Below the pieces are notes generated by a model. That model ran no database searches. It saw nothing but the letters and a program-made list of their open reading frames with translations, and was not told the DNA's origin. 64,000 nt of DNA from Malacoraja senta (Eukaryota). Shown in pieces: positions 37,735 through 50,745 of the stretch (positions within the stretch are counted from its first letter, which is position 1; every line of letters begins with the position of its first letter). Position numbers and translations under genes: made by a program. The stretch lies in the NCBI GenBank assembly GCA_038087875.1, contig JAXLNO010001541.1, positions 1 through 64,000 of the forward strand, in the 5' to 3' direction.

Positions 37735-40700
37735 ACCATAGAAACATAGAAAATAGGTGCAGGAAGAGGCCATTCGGCCCTTCGAGCCAGCACCGCCATT
37801 CATTGTGATCATGGCTGATTATCCCCAATCAATAACTCGTGCCTGCCTTCTACCCATATCCCTTGATTCCACTAGCCCCTAGAGCTCTATCTAACTCTCT
37901 CTTAAATCCACCAGTGATTTGGCCTCCACTGCCCTCTGTGGCAGGGAATTCCACAAATTCACAACTCTCTGGGTGAAAACGTTTTTTCTCACCTCAGTCT
38001 TAAATGGCCTCCCCTTTATTCTAAGACTGTGGCCCCTGGTTCTGGACTCGCCCAACATTGGGAACATTTTTCCTGCATCTAGCTTGTCCAGTCCTTATAT
38101 AATTTTATATATTTCTATAAGATCTCCCCTCATCCTTCTAAACTCCAGTGAATACAAGCCTAGTCTATTCAATCTTTCCTCATATGACAGTCCCACCATC
38201 CCAGGGATCAATCTCGTGAACCTATGCTGCACTGCCTCAAACACAATACTCCAGATGTGGTCTTACCAGAGCCCCATACAACTGCAGAAGAACCTCTTTA
38301 CTCCTATACTGAAATCCTCTTGTTATGAAGGCCAACATTCCATTAGCTTTCTTCACTGCCTGTTTTACCTGCACGCCAACTTTCAGTGACTGGTGTACAA
38401 GGACCCCCAGGTCTCGCTGTACCTCCCCCTTACCTAACCTAACCCCATTGAGATAATAATCTTCCCCCTTGTTTTTGCCGCCAAAGCTGATAACCTCACA
38501 TTTATCTATATATACTGCATCTGCCACGTAACTGCCCACTCACTCAACCTGTCCAGGTCACCCTGCAACCTCCTAACATCCTCTTTACAGTTCACACTGC
38601 CACCCAGCTTTGTGTCATCTGCAAACTTGCTAGTGTTGCTTCTAATTCCCTCTTCCAAATCATTAATATATATGGTAAACAGTTGCGGCCCCAACAGAGA
38701 GCCTTGCGGCACTCCACTCGCCACTGCCTGCCTTTCTGAAAAGGATCCATACACTCCTACTCTTTGCTTCCTGTCTGCCAAATAATGTTCTATCCATGTC
38801 AACACCCTACCCCCAATACCATGAGCTCTAATTTTAGTCACCAGTCTCCCATGCGGGACCTCATCAAAGGCTTTCTGAAAGTCTAGATACACTACATCCA
38901 CTGGCTCCCGTTCATCGATTTTACTTGTCACATCCTTAAAAAATTCCAGAAGATTAGTCAAGCATGATTTTCCTTTCAAAAATCCATGCTGACTTGGACA
39001 AATCCTTTTACTGCTATCCAAATGCCCCATCATTACCTCTTTAATAATTGAGCAGCATCTTTCCCACCACCGAAGTCAGGCTAACTGGTCTGTAATTCCC
39101 CGTTTTCTCTCTCGCTCCTTCCTTGAAAAGTGGGATAACATTAGCTATCCTCCAATCCACAGGAACTGATCCTGAATCTTTTGAACATTGGAAAATGATT
39201 GCCAATGCATCCACTATTTCTAGAGCCACCTCCCTGAGGACCCTGGGATACAGACAATCAGACACAGGGGATTTTTCATTCTTCAGTCCCATTAGCCTCC
39301 CCAATATTATTTCTCGCCTAATGACATTTTCTTTCAGTTCCTCTACCCCCTTAGGTCCTCTGTCCTCCAGTACCTGGGAGATTGTTTGTTTCTTCCTTAG
39401 TGAAGACAGATCCGAAGTACCTGTTCAACTCTTCTGCCATTTCCATGTTCCCCATAATAATTTCTCCCATAGGTAGATGTCTGAAGAAGGGTTTCAGCCC
39501 AAAACGTTGCCTATTTCCTTCGCTCCATAGATGCTGCCGCACCCGCTGAGTTTCTCCAGCATTTTTGTCTACCTTCGATTTTGCAGCATCTGCAGTTCCT
39601 TCTTGAACATAATTTCACCCGTGTCTGCCTTCAGAGAACCCACATTTGACTTTGCTATTCTTTTTCCCTTAACATATCAAAGAAGCTTTTACTGTCCTTC
39701 TTTACATACCTGGCCAGCTTCCCCTCGTACTTCATCTTTTCAGCCCATATTTTTTCATTCTGTTGTCCTATGGAAGTTTCGCAATCCTCTGGCTTCCGGC
39801 TACTATTTGCTGTATTATACATCTTTTCTTTTAGTTTTATTCTATCCCTAACTTCTCTTGTCAGCCACGGTTGCCTCCTACTCCCCTTAGAATCTTTCTT
39901 CCTTTTTGGAATGAAATGATCCCGCGTCTTCCAGATTATGCCCAGAAATTCCTGCCATTGTCGTTCCACCGTCATTCCTGCTAGGATCCCTTTCCAGTCT
40001 ACCTTGGCCACCTCCTCTCTCATGGCTTCATAGTCCCCTTTGTTCAACTGCATCACTGACACTTCCGATTTAACCTACGCCTTCTCAAATTGCAGATTAA
40101 AACTAATCATATTATGATCACTATCTCCAAGCGGTTCCTTTACCTCTACTTCTCTTGTCAAATCTGGTTCATTGGACAACACTAAATCCATAATTGCCTT
40201 TTCTCTGGTCAGCTCCATTAGAAGCTGCTCTAAGAATCCATCTCGGAGGCACTCTACAAACTCTCTTTCTTGAGGTCCTGAACCAACCTGATTTTCCAAG
40301 TCTACCTGCATATTGAAATCCCCCATCACCACAGTGGCATTACCGTTGTTACATGCCAGTTTTAACTCCTGCTGCAACTTACACCCTACATCCGGGCTAC
40401 TATTTGGGGGTCTGTAGATAACACCAATTAGTGTCTTCTTGCCTTTGCAATTCCTCAACTCAATCCACAGTGACTACCTCTTCAATCCCAATGTCTTCCC
40501 TCGCAAGGAACTGAATTCCATCCCTCACCAGCAGAGCTACCCCTCTCCTCTGCCCACCTGCCTGTCCTTTCTATAGGCTGTATAACCCTGAATATTAAGT
40601 TCCCAGGCCCGATCCTCCTGCAGCCATGTCTCAGTAATCCCCACAATGTCATATCTACCAACCTGTAACTGAGCCTCAAGCTCATCTACTTTACTTTTTA

Positions 40701-40900
40701 TACTTCACGCATTCATATACAATACTTTTAATTCCTTACGCATCTCACCTTTCACATCGATCCCTTTTACAGTTGGCCATACACTCCTATCCCTTTGTGA
40801 GCTTTCTTTCTCGTTAATTCTGGGGTCATTAACTATCGCTTTACTCCTTTTCCCTTTAACTCCGTCCCTGACTATCCATTTGACACCCCTCCCCCCCTTA
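37735..40900 (-). mobile_element. CR1 LINE ORF2 (endonuclease plus RT), degenerate, with a Penelope-end insertion at ~39470-39608
   Basis: GVIYRPPN, GDFN, SDHN; VYLDFQKAFD, GVPQGSLLGP, FADDTKL; (ctatgttt)n 3' tail at ~37735. Confidence 0.92.
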
Positions 40901-41030
40901 TTGTCCCAGACTGCATCATCTGTTGGCCGTGGTGTGGTGAGGATTGTAGAGTCAGAGAACACAGTGTAGTGAGGAATGGACGGTCACAGTGTGGGGGTCA
41001 CAAAGTATCTCTATCATTGGTCATCATTAC

Positions 41031-41142
41031 CTTGACAACGGTGACGAAGGTACTGTAGAGGAAACTGATAATGAACAGGATGGCGAAGGCAGCAACTGTG
41101 AGCACATTGTCATCTCCATCCAAGTCCCGCAGCTCCTCCTTC
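41031..41142 (-). pseudogene. IgW: 5'-truncated duplicate of the Ig TM exon
   Basis: EELRDLDGDDNVLTVAAFAILFIISFLYSTFVTVVK with GT donor. The first 19 nt and the native acceptor are replaced by LINE sequence. Confidence 0.88.
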
Positions 41143-44100
41143 TGTTCAGAAATGGCTATTATTTAACAAATTAATTTTAAATAAAAATAAATCATGCAGT
41201 ATGTTATTTGGTACCAGACAAGGCCTTGGTAATTCTGTAGATCTGACTATATCATTTAATGAAGGATCACCATTAGAACAAGTATTGAACTTCAAATATC
41301 TTGGTGTTTGGCTTGACCCAACGCTTTCATTTACGCAGCATAGTGAGACGATTACTAAAAAACTTAGCTGTAATCTAGCTATTCTTTATCGCCATATAAA
41401 TTGTTTCACCTTTCAGATGAGAAAAAGAATTGTCTCTCAACTACTACTACCAACACTGGATTATGCTGATATTGTCTATCAGAATACATTTGATATACAT
41501 CTTCAACCCCTTAATGTAGTTTATAATAGTCTTTGCAGATTTATTTTAAGGTGTCCATATATAACTCACCACTGTTCTATGTACGAAACTCTAAACTTGT
41601 TATCCCCTCACGCTCGAAGATGCTACCACTGGTTCCAGTTCCAGTTCATCTTTAAATGCATCCACCTCAATTACCCTTCTTATTTAAAACAAGACCTATT
41701 ACCATACACACCCTCATATTCACTAAGACATATTCAGCAACCCTTCTTTTTCATTCCAAGAACTAACAAAGAAATTGGGAGACGTGCATTTAAATTCAAA
41801 GCTCCTTCTGACTGGAACACTCTGCCTAGTACCATAAGAACTATTAGCTCATTTCGTCTATTTAAAAATACACTTTTACCTTTCCTTATAAAACCATGTA
41901 CCTGTTTCTAGTATTAGAGTCTTCGAGCTCCTTTATTTAGCTTGCTCTGAGTGTGATCATTTGGCATAACTATTGTATATGCATGGCCATTACACTTATG
42001 TATTATTGTATTGCATAGTGTAACAAGGTCTCATATTGTATTATGTCACAATATCATGAAATAATATATTATGTAATTATGTTGATAGTATATATTAACG
42101 TACGATGTATGATAGGTGGTATATGGTATTATGCACTAACATTATGCTGTAACACATAACTATTGTTATTATTGGATATGTAAAGTTAATTAACAATTGT
42201 TATAAACTATAACAATTGGGGATGGAGGGGTTTTGGGATTGGTGTGTGGGTAGGTGGGTCAATGAGAGCCTCTAGATATGTTATGTCTTGTGCTGTATGT
42301 TCTATGTTGGACCCCCTCGAAAATGAGATGACTGTCCATCTCAAGGGGTTATCCATGAATAAACTTGTTTCAAAGGTGCTGGTGTTGACTCTTCAGTATC
42401 TGTTGTATCCTATTCGGAACCTGTCCATGTACTCCTCTCCTGATGTGTTTTAGCCCAGTATCTGGTGTATTTGGAGCACTCATAGAGTCATAGATTAATA
42501 CAGTGTGGAAACAGGCCCTTCAGCCCAACACGCCCACACCGGCCAACAATGTCCCAGCTGCCTAATCCCACTTGCCTGCACTTGGTCCATATCCCTCCAA
42601 ACCTGTCCATGTACCTGTCTAACTGTTTCTTAAACGATGGACTACCTCCTCTGGCAGCTTGTTCCACACACCCACCACCCTCTGTGTGAAAATGTTACCC
42701 CTCAGATTCCTTTAAAATATTTTCCCATTCACCTTAAACCCATGTCCACTGGTCCTCGATTCCCCTACTCTGGGTAAAAGACTCTGTGCATCTACCCGAT
42801 CTATTCCTCTTATGATTTTGTACACTTCTATAAGATCACCTCTCATCCTCCTACGCTCCATAGATTAGAGATCCAGCCTGCTCAACCTCTCTCGCACCCT
42901 CTAGTCCTGGCAACATCCTCGTAAATGTCCTGGCAATATCCTCAGCTGAAGTCCCTAAAGTGATGAGTAAAGTGATGATCAACTCCAAACATTTCATGTT
43001 CTTGTTATTTTCTTTTATTTATGTATCTAATTTCAAATGAAAACATGCAGTTCAGCAGAAAAATTAAAAAATAAGCTGCAGATAATGAGTTAAACAACAT
43101 CTGGTTTACAAAATCTGATTGAGCAAGTCCCCAAGCATCGGCCCCCCCTCCACCACATTGCTTCCTGTTCCTTCTCCCCTCCCCATGCCCCCTTCTTGCT
43201 CCACAATATCAGCGTATCCCTCCCCCTCCCACACTCCCCTCTTCTCCTTCACTCATCACATTCCCATCCCCTGCTCCCCTTTTGCAAACATTAATCCTGC
43301 CTTCCTCTCCCACTCCTGAATGCCACCCACTCCAGTGTCTCATACCCTGACATTTTCCAACTATAATGTCCTATCCTGTCCCCCCCACCACCCCCCTCCC
43401 CCACCCACGCCCCTCAGTCACAACCAGTTTCTTCCCCAGCATCCCCAGTGCATTTCCAAGTTTATCTCCTGAAATGAGCGTTTGCAGTGCAGTGGCCTCG
43501 GATTGCCGAGCGAGTGAGTGAAAGACAGGGAGACTCCATTTGCCAACGTCAGCAGCTGCATGGCGATCTCTTGAGTGAATGTGGCGTGTGTGTCGGCTGG
43601 TCATTGCTGCACCTGTAATATACACAGGAAAGTCAGACATTGTGTGTGGCAAGGTGCAGCACAGATGGTGATCTGTAGGGACAGGCAAACTAAATAACAG
43701 ACAGTCTGTCCTGAATGTCGGAGATAGACCCTCATGGACAGGGGGTCTGCAACATTTCTAGGACCCTCGAGGATTGGTAGTCTGTGCATGTTTGTAGGAG
43801 CTGGACCCTCATGGACAGGTGGTCTTTCATTAGTGGCCCAGGTCAACTCTAAGGGATACACAGTCTGAATACCAGTTGTGGGTTGAAGAGAGGTTCCGTA
43901 CCTCGGCTCAGGTTTCAGATACGGAGTACCCTGTTAGTTGTAGTTTAGTGATACAGCATGGAAACAAGCCCTTCAGCCCACCGAGACTGCACCAACCAGC
44001 GATCCCCGCACATTAACACTACCCTACACACACTAGGAACAATTTTTTACATTTACACCAAGCCAATTAACCTACAAACCTGTACATCTTTGGAGTTTGG

Positions 44101-44402
44101 GAGGAAACGGAAGATGTCGGAGAAGACCCACGCAGGTCACGGGGGAGAACGTACAAACTCCGTACAGACAGCACCCGTAGTCAGGACGGAACCCGGGTCT
44201 CTGGCGCTGTAAGGCAGCAGCTCTATCGCTGTGCCACCGTGCCGCCCAACATTTGACATGAATACAACGTTTATTTGATTTCCATGTTTGAGCTCAGGGT
44301 CATTGCCCCAAATACCCAACGTTCTATGAATGTTTGCTGTATCGAGGCCCAGAGGACAGGAATAAAGAGGAAAGGTTCAAAGACCAGGGGGATGTGATGG
44401 GT

Positions 44403-47400
44403 ACCATAGAAACATAGAAAATAGGTGCAGGAAGAGGCCATTCGGCCCTTCGAGCCAGCACCGCCATTCATTGTGATCATGGCTGATTATCCCCAATCAA
44501 TAACTCGTGCCTGCCTTCTACCCATATCCCTTGATTCCACTAGCCCCTAGAGCTCTATCTAACTCTCTCTTAAATCCACCAGTGATTTGGCCTCCACTGC
44601 CCTCTGTGGCAGGGAATTCCACAAATTCACAACTCTCTGGGTGAAAACGTTTTTTCTCACCTCAGTCTTAAATGGCCTCCCCTTTATTCTAAGACTGTGG
44701 CCCCTGGTTCTGGACTCGCCCAACATTGGGAACATTTTTCCTGCATCTAGCTTGTCCAGTCCTTATATAATTTTATATATTTCTATAAGATCTCCCCTCA
44801 TCCTTCTAAACTCCAGTGAATACAAGCCTAGTCTATTCAATCTTTCCTCATATGACAGTCCCACCATCCCAGGGATCAATCTCGTGAACCTATGCTGCAC
44901 TGCCTCAAACACAATACTCCAGATGTGGTCTTACCAGAGCCCCATAGAACTGCAGAAGAACCTCTTTACTCCTATACTGAAATCCTCTTGTTATGAAGGC
45001 CAACATTCCATTAGCTTTCTTCACTGCCTGTTTTACCTGCACGCCAACTTTCAGTGACTGGTGTACAAGGACCCCCAGGTCTCGCTGTACCTCCCCCTTA
45101 CCTAACCTAACCCCATTGAGATAATAATCTTCCCCCTTGTTTTTGCCGCCAAAGCTGATAACCTCACATTTATCTATATATACTGCATCTGCCATGTAAC
45201 TGCCCACTCACTCAACCTGTCCAGGTCACCCTGCAACCTCCTAACATCCTCTTCACAGTTCACACTGCCACCCAGCTTTGTGTCATCTGCAAACTTGCTA
45301 GTGTTGCTTCTAATTCCCTCTTCCAAATCATTAATATATATGGTAAACAGTTGCGGCCCCAACAGAGAGCCTTGCGGCACTCCACTCGCCACTGCCTGCC
45401 TTTCTGAAAAGGATCCATACACTCCTACTCTTTGCTTCCAGTCTGCCAAATAATGTTCTATCAATGTCAACACCCTACCCCCAATACCATGAGCTCTAAT
45501 TTTAGTCACCAGTCTCCCATGCGGGACCTCATCAAAGGCTTTCTGAAAGTCTAGATACACTACATCCTCTGGCTCCCGTTCATCGATTTTACTTGTCACA
45601 TCCTTAAAAAATTCCAGAAGATTAGTCAAGCATGATTTTCCTTTCAAAAATCCATGCTGACTTGGACAAATCCTTTTACTGCTATCCAAATGCCCCATCA
45701 TTACCTCTTTAATAATTGAGCAGCATCTTTCCCACCACCGAAGTCAGGCTAACTGGTCTATAATTCCCCGTTTTCTCTCTCGCTCCTTCCTTGAAAAGTG
45801 GGATAACATTAGCTATCCTCCAATCCACAGGAACTGATCCTGAATCTTTTGAACATTGGAAAATGATTGCCAATGCATCCACTATTTCCAGAGCCACCTC
45901 CCTGAGGACCCTGGGATACAGACAATCAGGCCCAGGGGATTTTTCATTCTTCAGTCCCATTAGCCTCCCCAATATTATTTCTCGCCTAATGACATTTTCT
46001 TTCAGTTCCTCTACCCCCTTAGATCCTCTGTCCTCCAGTACATCTGGGAGATTGTTTGTTTCTTCCTTAGTGAAGACAGATCCGAAGTACCTGTTCAACT
46101 CTTCTGCCATTTCCATGTTCCCCATAATAATTTCTCCCATAGGTAGATGTCTGAAGAAGGGTTTCAGCCCGAAACGTTGCCTATTTCCTTCGCTCCATAG
46201 ATGCTGCCGCACCCGCTGAGTTTCTCCAGCATTTTTGTCTACCTTCGATTTTGCAGCATCTGCAGTTCCTTCTTGAACATAATTTCACCCGTGTCTGCCT
46301 TCAGAGAACCCACATTTGACTTTGCTATTCTTTTTCCCTTAACATATCAAAGAAGCTTTTACTGTCCTTCTTTACATACCTGGCCAGCTTCCCCTCGTAC
46401 TTCATCTTTTCAGCCCATATTTTTTCATTCTGTTGTCCTATGGAAGTTTCGCAATCCTCTGGCTTCCGGCTACTATTTGCTGTATCATACATCTTTTCTT
46501 TTAGTTTTATTCTATCCCTAACTTCTCTTGTCAGCCACGGTTGCCTCCTACTCCCCTTAGAATCTTTCTTCCTTTTTGGAATGAAATGATCCTGCGTCTT
46601 CCAGATTATGCCTAGAAATTCCTGCCATTGTCGTTCCACCGTCATTCCTGCTAGGATCCCTTTCCAGTCTACCTTGGCCACCTCCTCTCTCATGGCTTCA
46701 TAGTCCCCTTTGTTCAACTGCATCACTGACACTTCCGATTTAACCTACGCCTTCTCAAATTGCAGATTAAAACTAATCATATTATGATCACTATCTCCAA
46801 GCGGTTCCTTTACCTCTACTTCTCTTGTCAAATCTGGTTCATTGGACAACACTAAATCCATAATTGCCTTTTCTCTGGTCAGCTCCATTAGAAGCTGCTC
46901 TAAGAATCCATCTCGGAGGCACTCTACAAACTCTCTTTCTTGAGGTCCTGAACCAACCTGATTTTCCCACTCTACCTGCATATTGAAATCCCCCATCACC
47001 ACAGTGGCATTACCGTTGTTACATGCCAGTTTTAACTCCTGCTGCAACTTACACCCTACATCCGGGCTACTATTTGGGGGTCTGTAGATAACACCAATTA
47101 GTGTCTTCTTGCCTTTGCAATTCCTCAACTCAATCCACAGTGACTACCTCTTCAATCCCAATGTCTTCCCTCGCAAGGAACTGAATTCCATCCCTCACCA
47201 GCAGAGCTACCCCTCTCCTCTGCCCACCTGCCTGTCCTTTCTATAGGCTGTATAACCCTGAATATTAAGTTCCCAGGCCCGATCCTCCTGCAGCCATGTC
47301 TCAGTAATCCCCACAATGTCATATCTACCAACCTGTAACTGAGCCTCAAGCTCATCTACTTTACTTTTTATACTTCACGCATTCATATACAATACTTTTA

Positions 47401-47575
47401 ATTCCTTACGCATCTCACCTTTCACATCGATCCCTTTTACAGTTGGCCATACACTCCTATCCCTTTGTGAGCTTTCTTTCCCGTTAATTCTGGGGTCATT
47501 AACTATCGCTTTACTCCTTTTCCCTTTAACTCCGTCCCTGACTATCCATTTGACACCCCTCCCCCCCTTATTGTC
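44403..47575 (-). mobile_element. CR1 LINE ORF2 (tandem copy)
   Basis: Copy of 37735-40900; retains a ~50-bp RT segment (near 46000-46050) that is deleted in the other copy. Confidence 0.92.
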
Positions 47576-47700
47576 CCAGACTGCATCATCTGTTGGCCGT
47601 GGTGTGGTGAGGATTGTAGAGTCAGAGAACACAGTGTAGTGAGGAATGGACGGTCACAGTGTGGGGGTCACAAAGTATCTCTATCATTGGTCATCATTAC

Positions 47701-47831
47701 CTTGACAACGGTGACGAAGGTACTGTAGAGGAAACTGATAATGAACAGGATGGCGAAGGCAGCAACTGTGAGCACATTGTCATCTCCATCCAAGTCCCCC
47801 AGCTCCTCCTTCCCTTCCTCTTCTGTCAAGT
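47701..47831 (-). CDS. IgW: Ig heavy-chain transmembrane exon TM1 (IgW-type)
   Basis: cacAG|AC TTG ACA GAA... gives DLTEEEGKEELGDLDGDDNVLTVAAFAILFIISFLYSTFVTVVK, then GTAATG donor. It has an acidic spacer and the CART-type F..LF..S..YS..VT motif. An alternative in-frame acceptor lies 9 nt upstream. Confidence 0.9.
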
Positions 47832-48779
47832 CTGTGCCGGCTTCAGGACAAATGAGAAGGTGAGACAGTTAGTTTGCCGCGGATATTTTGTGAAGATCAA
47901 CAACGTGTGAATAAAATGAAGACAACAGGAGGACAGGAAGACAGGAGGTTCGGGTCAGTTCCACTGTTCAATGATATGTGGAGATCTATCACCAGCTCCA
48001 CTGAGCTGACTTTCCCCCACATCCATTAACATCTCGTATAGTCAAACTCTGCAATCTCAGATTTAAAATCACCTTCAGACCTGGAACCAAATGCCAACTG
48101 TGGAAGGCAATTCCAAACTTCCATGAGCCTCTGATAGACACAAAAAGCTGGAGTAACTCAGTGGGACAGGCAGTATCTCTGGAGAGAAGGAATGGGTGAG
48201 GTTTCGTGTCGAGACCCTTCTTCAGACACCATGACCCTCTTCCATGCAGCATGGCTGCCTCGAACTTTTAGACCCTGTACTTTGTATAAAGTTGGATTTC
48301 CATAAATCAGGGAGATCATTTGTAACCCAGGGAGCACTGTACACAACTAAAAAATAATTCCTCCTCATCTAGTTAGTTTAGTTTATTGTCACGTGTACCG
48401 AGGTACAGTGAAAAGCTTTTGTTGCGTGCTAACCAGTCAGCGGAAAGACAAAACATGATTACAAATGAGTCATTCACAGTGTATACATACACGATAAGGG
48501 ATTAACGTTTAGTGCAAGGTAAAACCAGTAAAGTCCGATCAAAGATAGTCCGAGGGTCTCCAGTGAGGGAGATAGTAGTTCAGGACCGCTCTCTGGATGT
48601 GGTAGGATGATTCAGTTGCCTGATAACATCTGGGAAGAAACTGTCCCTGAATGTGGAGGTGTGTAAATAGATCATCTCAGGATAATCTATTCTGTTTGCT
48701 CCCATTAACTTTGTGAAAACATCAAACAAATCTTCCTTTAGCCTTTTAAATGACAACTTATTCAGCACCGTGAAAGTAA

Positions 48780-49455
48780 GCTTGCAGGCAGGTACAGCAG
48801 GCAGTGAAGAAAGCGAATGGCATGTTGGTCTTCATAACAAGAGGAGTTGAGTATAGGAGCAAAGAGGTCCTTCTGCAGTTGTACGGGGCCCTAGTGAGAC
48901 CACACCTGGAGTATTGTGTGCAGTTTTGGTCCCTAATTTGAGGAAGGACATTCTTGCTATTGAGGGAGTGCCGCGTAGGTTTACAAGGTAAATTCCCAGG
49001 ATGGTGGGACTGTCATATGCTGAGAGAATGGAGCGGTTAGGCTTGTATACTCTGGAGTTTAGAAGGATGAGAGGTGAAACTTATTGAAACATATAAGATT
49101 ATTAAGGGTTTGGACACGCTAGAGGCAGGAAACATGTTCCCGATGTTGGGTGAGTCCAGAACAAGGAGCCACAGTTTAAGAATAAGTGGTAAGCCATTTA
49201 GAATGGAGACGAGGAAACACTGTTTCACACAGAAAGCTGTGAGTCTGTGGAATTCTCTGCCAGAGGGCGGTGGAGGCTGGTTCTCTGGATACTTTGAAGA
49301 GAGAGCTAGAAAGGGCTCTTAAAGATAGCGGAGTCAGGGGATATGGGGAGAAGGCAGGAACGGGGTACTGATTGTGGATGATCAGCCATGATCACATTGA
49401 TAGCTGGTTCGAAGGGCCGAATGGCCTACTCCTGCACCTATTGTCTATTGTCTAT
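48780..49455 (+). mobile_element. CR1 3' fragment
   Basis: LVRPHLEYCVQFW-type coding remnant with a (ctattgt)n tail. Confidence 0.85.
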
Positions 49456-50125
49456 TTGGGTGTGGTCCACACACATTTAAAGAGCTGGTTCTTGCCACAG
49501 ATTTGCCCATTCACTTCATGTATCCTTATCTCAGCAAGGATACCATCTAGATGCTCTGTTGACACTTCTGCTTGCCTTGTGTGAGCAGCAAACTTGATCA
49601 TGTGGCTTTCTATCCGACATCACAACTTTCAATAAATATAGTGAATAGCTTCAGCCCTGAACACATTTCCACAGGCAAAGCTCATCACTGGCCCTTCCTT
49701 CTGTAACTTTCCTCTTTCTGAATGAGTTTATCAAATGCATTCACAAAGATGATCAAAACTCCTTTCCCTCTTCATTAGCTTTGAATATTTTAAAGACCAG
49801 AAAGGTTCATCAGAAATGTGTGGGAAGGAACTGCAGATGCTGGTTTACACCGAAGATAGACACAAAATGCTGGAGTAACTCTGTAGGACATGCAGCATCT
49901 CTGGATAGAAGGAATGGGTGACGTTTCGGGTCGAGACCCTCCTTCAGAATGTTCTATTCTTTGGACGGAGGAGACTAATACATGTATATTTACATAATCT
50001 GTAGAAATGTATAGAGTGAAAGAATTTGCAATCTTAGATCCAGGTCACCTGTTCCCCACCAACTTGGCAACACCTCCCAAAACGCACCAACAGTGAACAC
50101 CAACACCAACACTACATGTATATTC

Positions 50126-50131
50126 TTTATT
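50126..50131 (-). terminator. Candidate polyadenylation signal AATAAA between CH4-like exon and TM
   Basis: tttatt on the plus strand, with a GT-rich tract (gtagtgttggtgttggtgttc) downstream on the minus strand. Confidence 0.35.
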
Positions 50132-50269
50132 GAACATTGATAGGTTACATTGACACAACACACACACGTAGCCTCTCGTGGGGTCTCTGCAGGTTTCAAG
50201 CAGGATCAGACCTGACACAAAGACATTTTCATACAAACTGCAAGTTCTCTGAAACTTTGGTAATTGATG

Positions 50270-50745
50270 TTTCAAGAGTCAAGATAGTTTTATTGTCATG
50301 TGTCCCAGATAGGACAACGAAATTCTTGCTTGCTGCAGCACAACAGAATATGTAAACATAATACAGAACAGGAGATAAAAGTTCAGTGTGTCTATAGATC
50401 ATAGACCATATATATATATACAATAAATAAACAGATAAAGTGCAATAGGCGGTTATTGTTCAGAGTTTGTTTGATGGCCTGATGGCTGTGGGGAAATGCC
50501 TATTCCTGAACCTGGATGTTCCAGATTTCAAGCTCCTGTATCTTCTTCCCGATGAGTGTGTGGCCAGGATGGAGTGGGTCTTTGATGATGTTGGCAGCCT
50601 TTTTGAGGCAATGACTGCGATAGATCCCTTCGATGGTGGGGAGGTTAGAGCCGATGATGGACTGGGCAGTGGTAACAACTTTCTGCATTCTTTTCCGCTC
50701 CTGGACGTTCAAGTTGCCGAACCAAGCCATGATGCAACCAGTTAT
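50270..50745 (-). mobile_element. Rex1/Babar-like LINE 3' fragment
   Basis: GCIMAWFGNLNVQERKRMQKVV...CLKKAANIIKDPLHPGH; tail with aataaa and cttga repeats. Confidence 0.8.

Larger units (their letters stand above)
34476..47812. repeat. 6.67-kb direct tandem duplication (34476-41142 and 41143-47812)
   Basis: ORFs repeat at +6667 to +6670. The junction ctcctc-CTTC-tgttcagaaatgg joins the TM exon to LINE RT sequence through a 4-bp microhomology. Confidence 0.95.
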
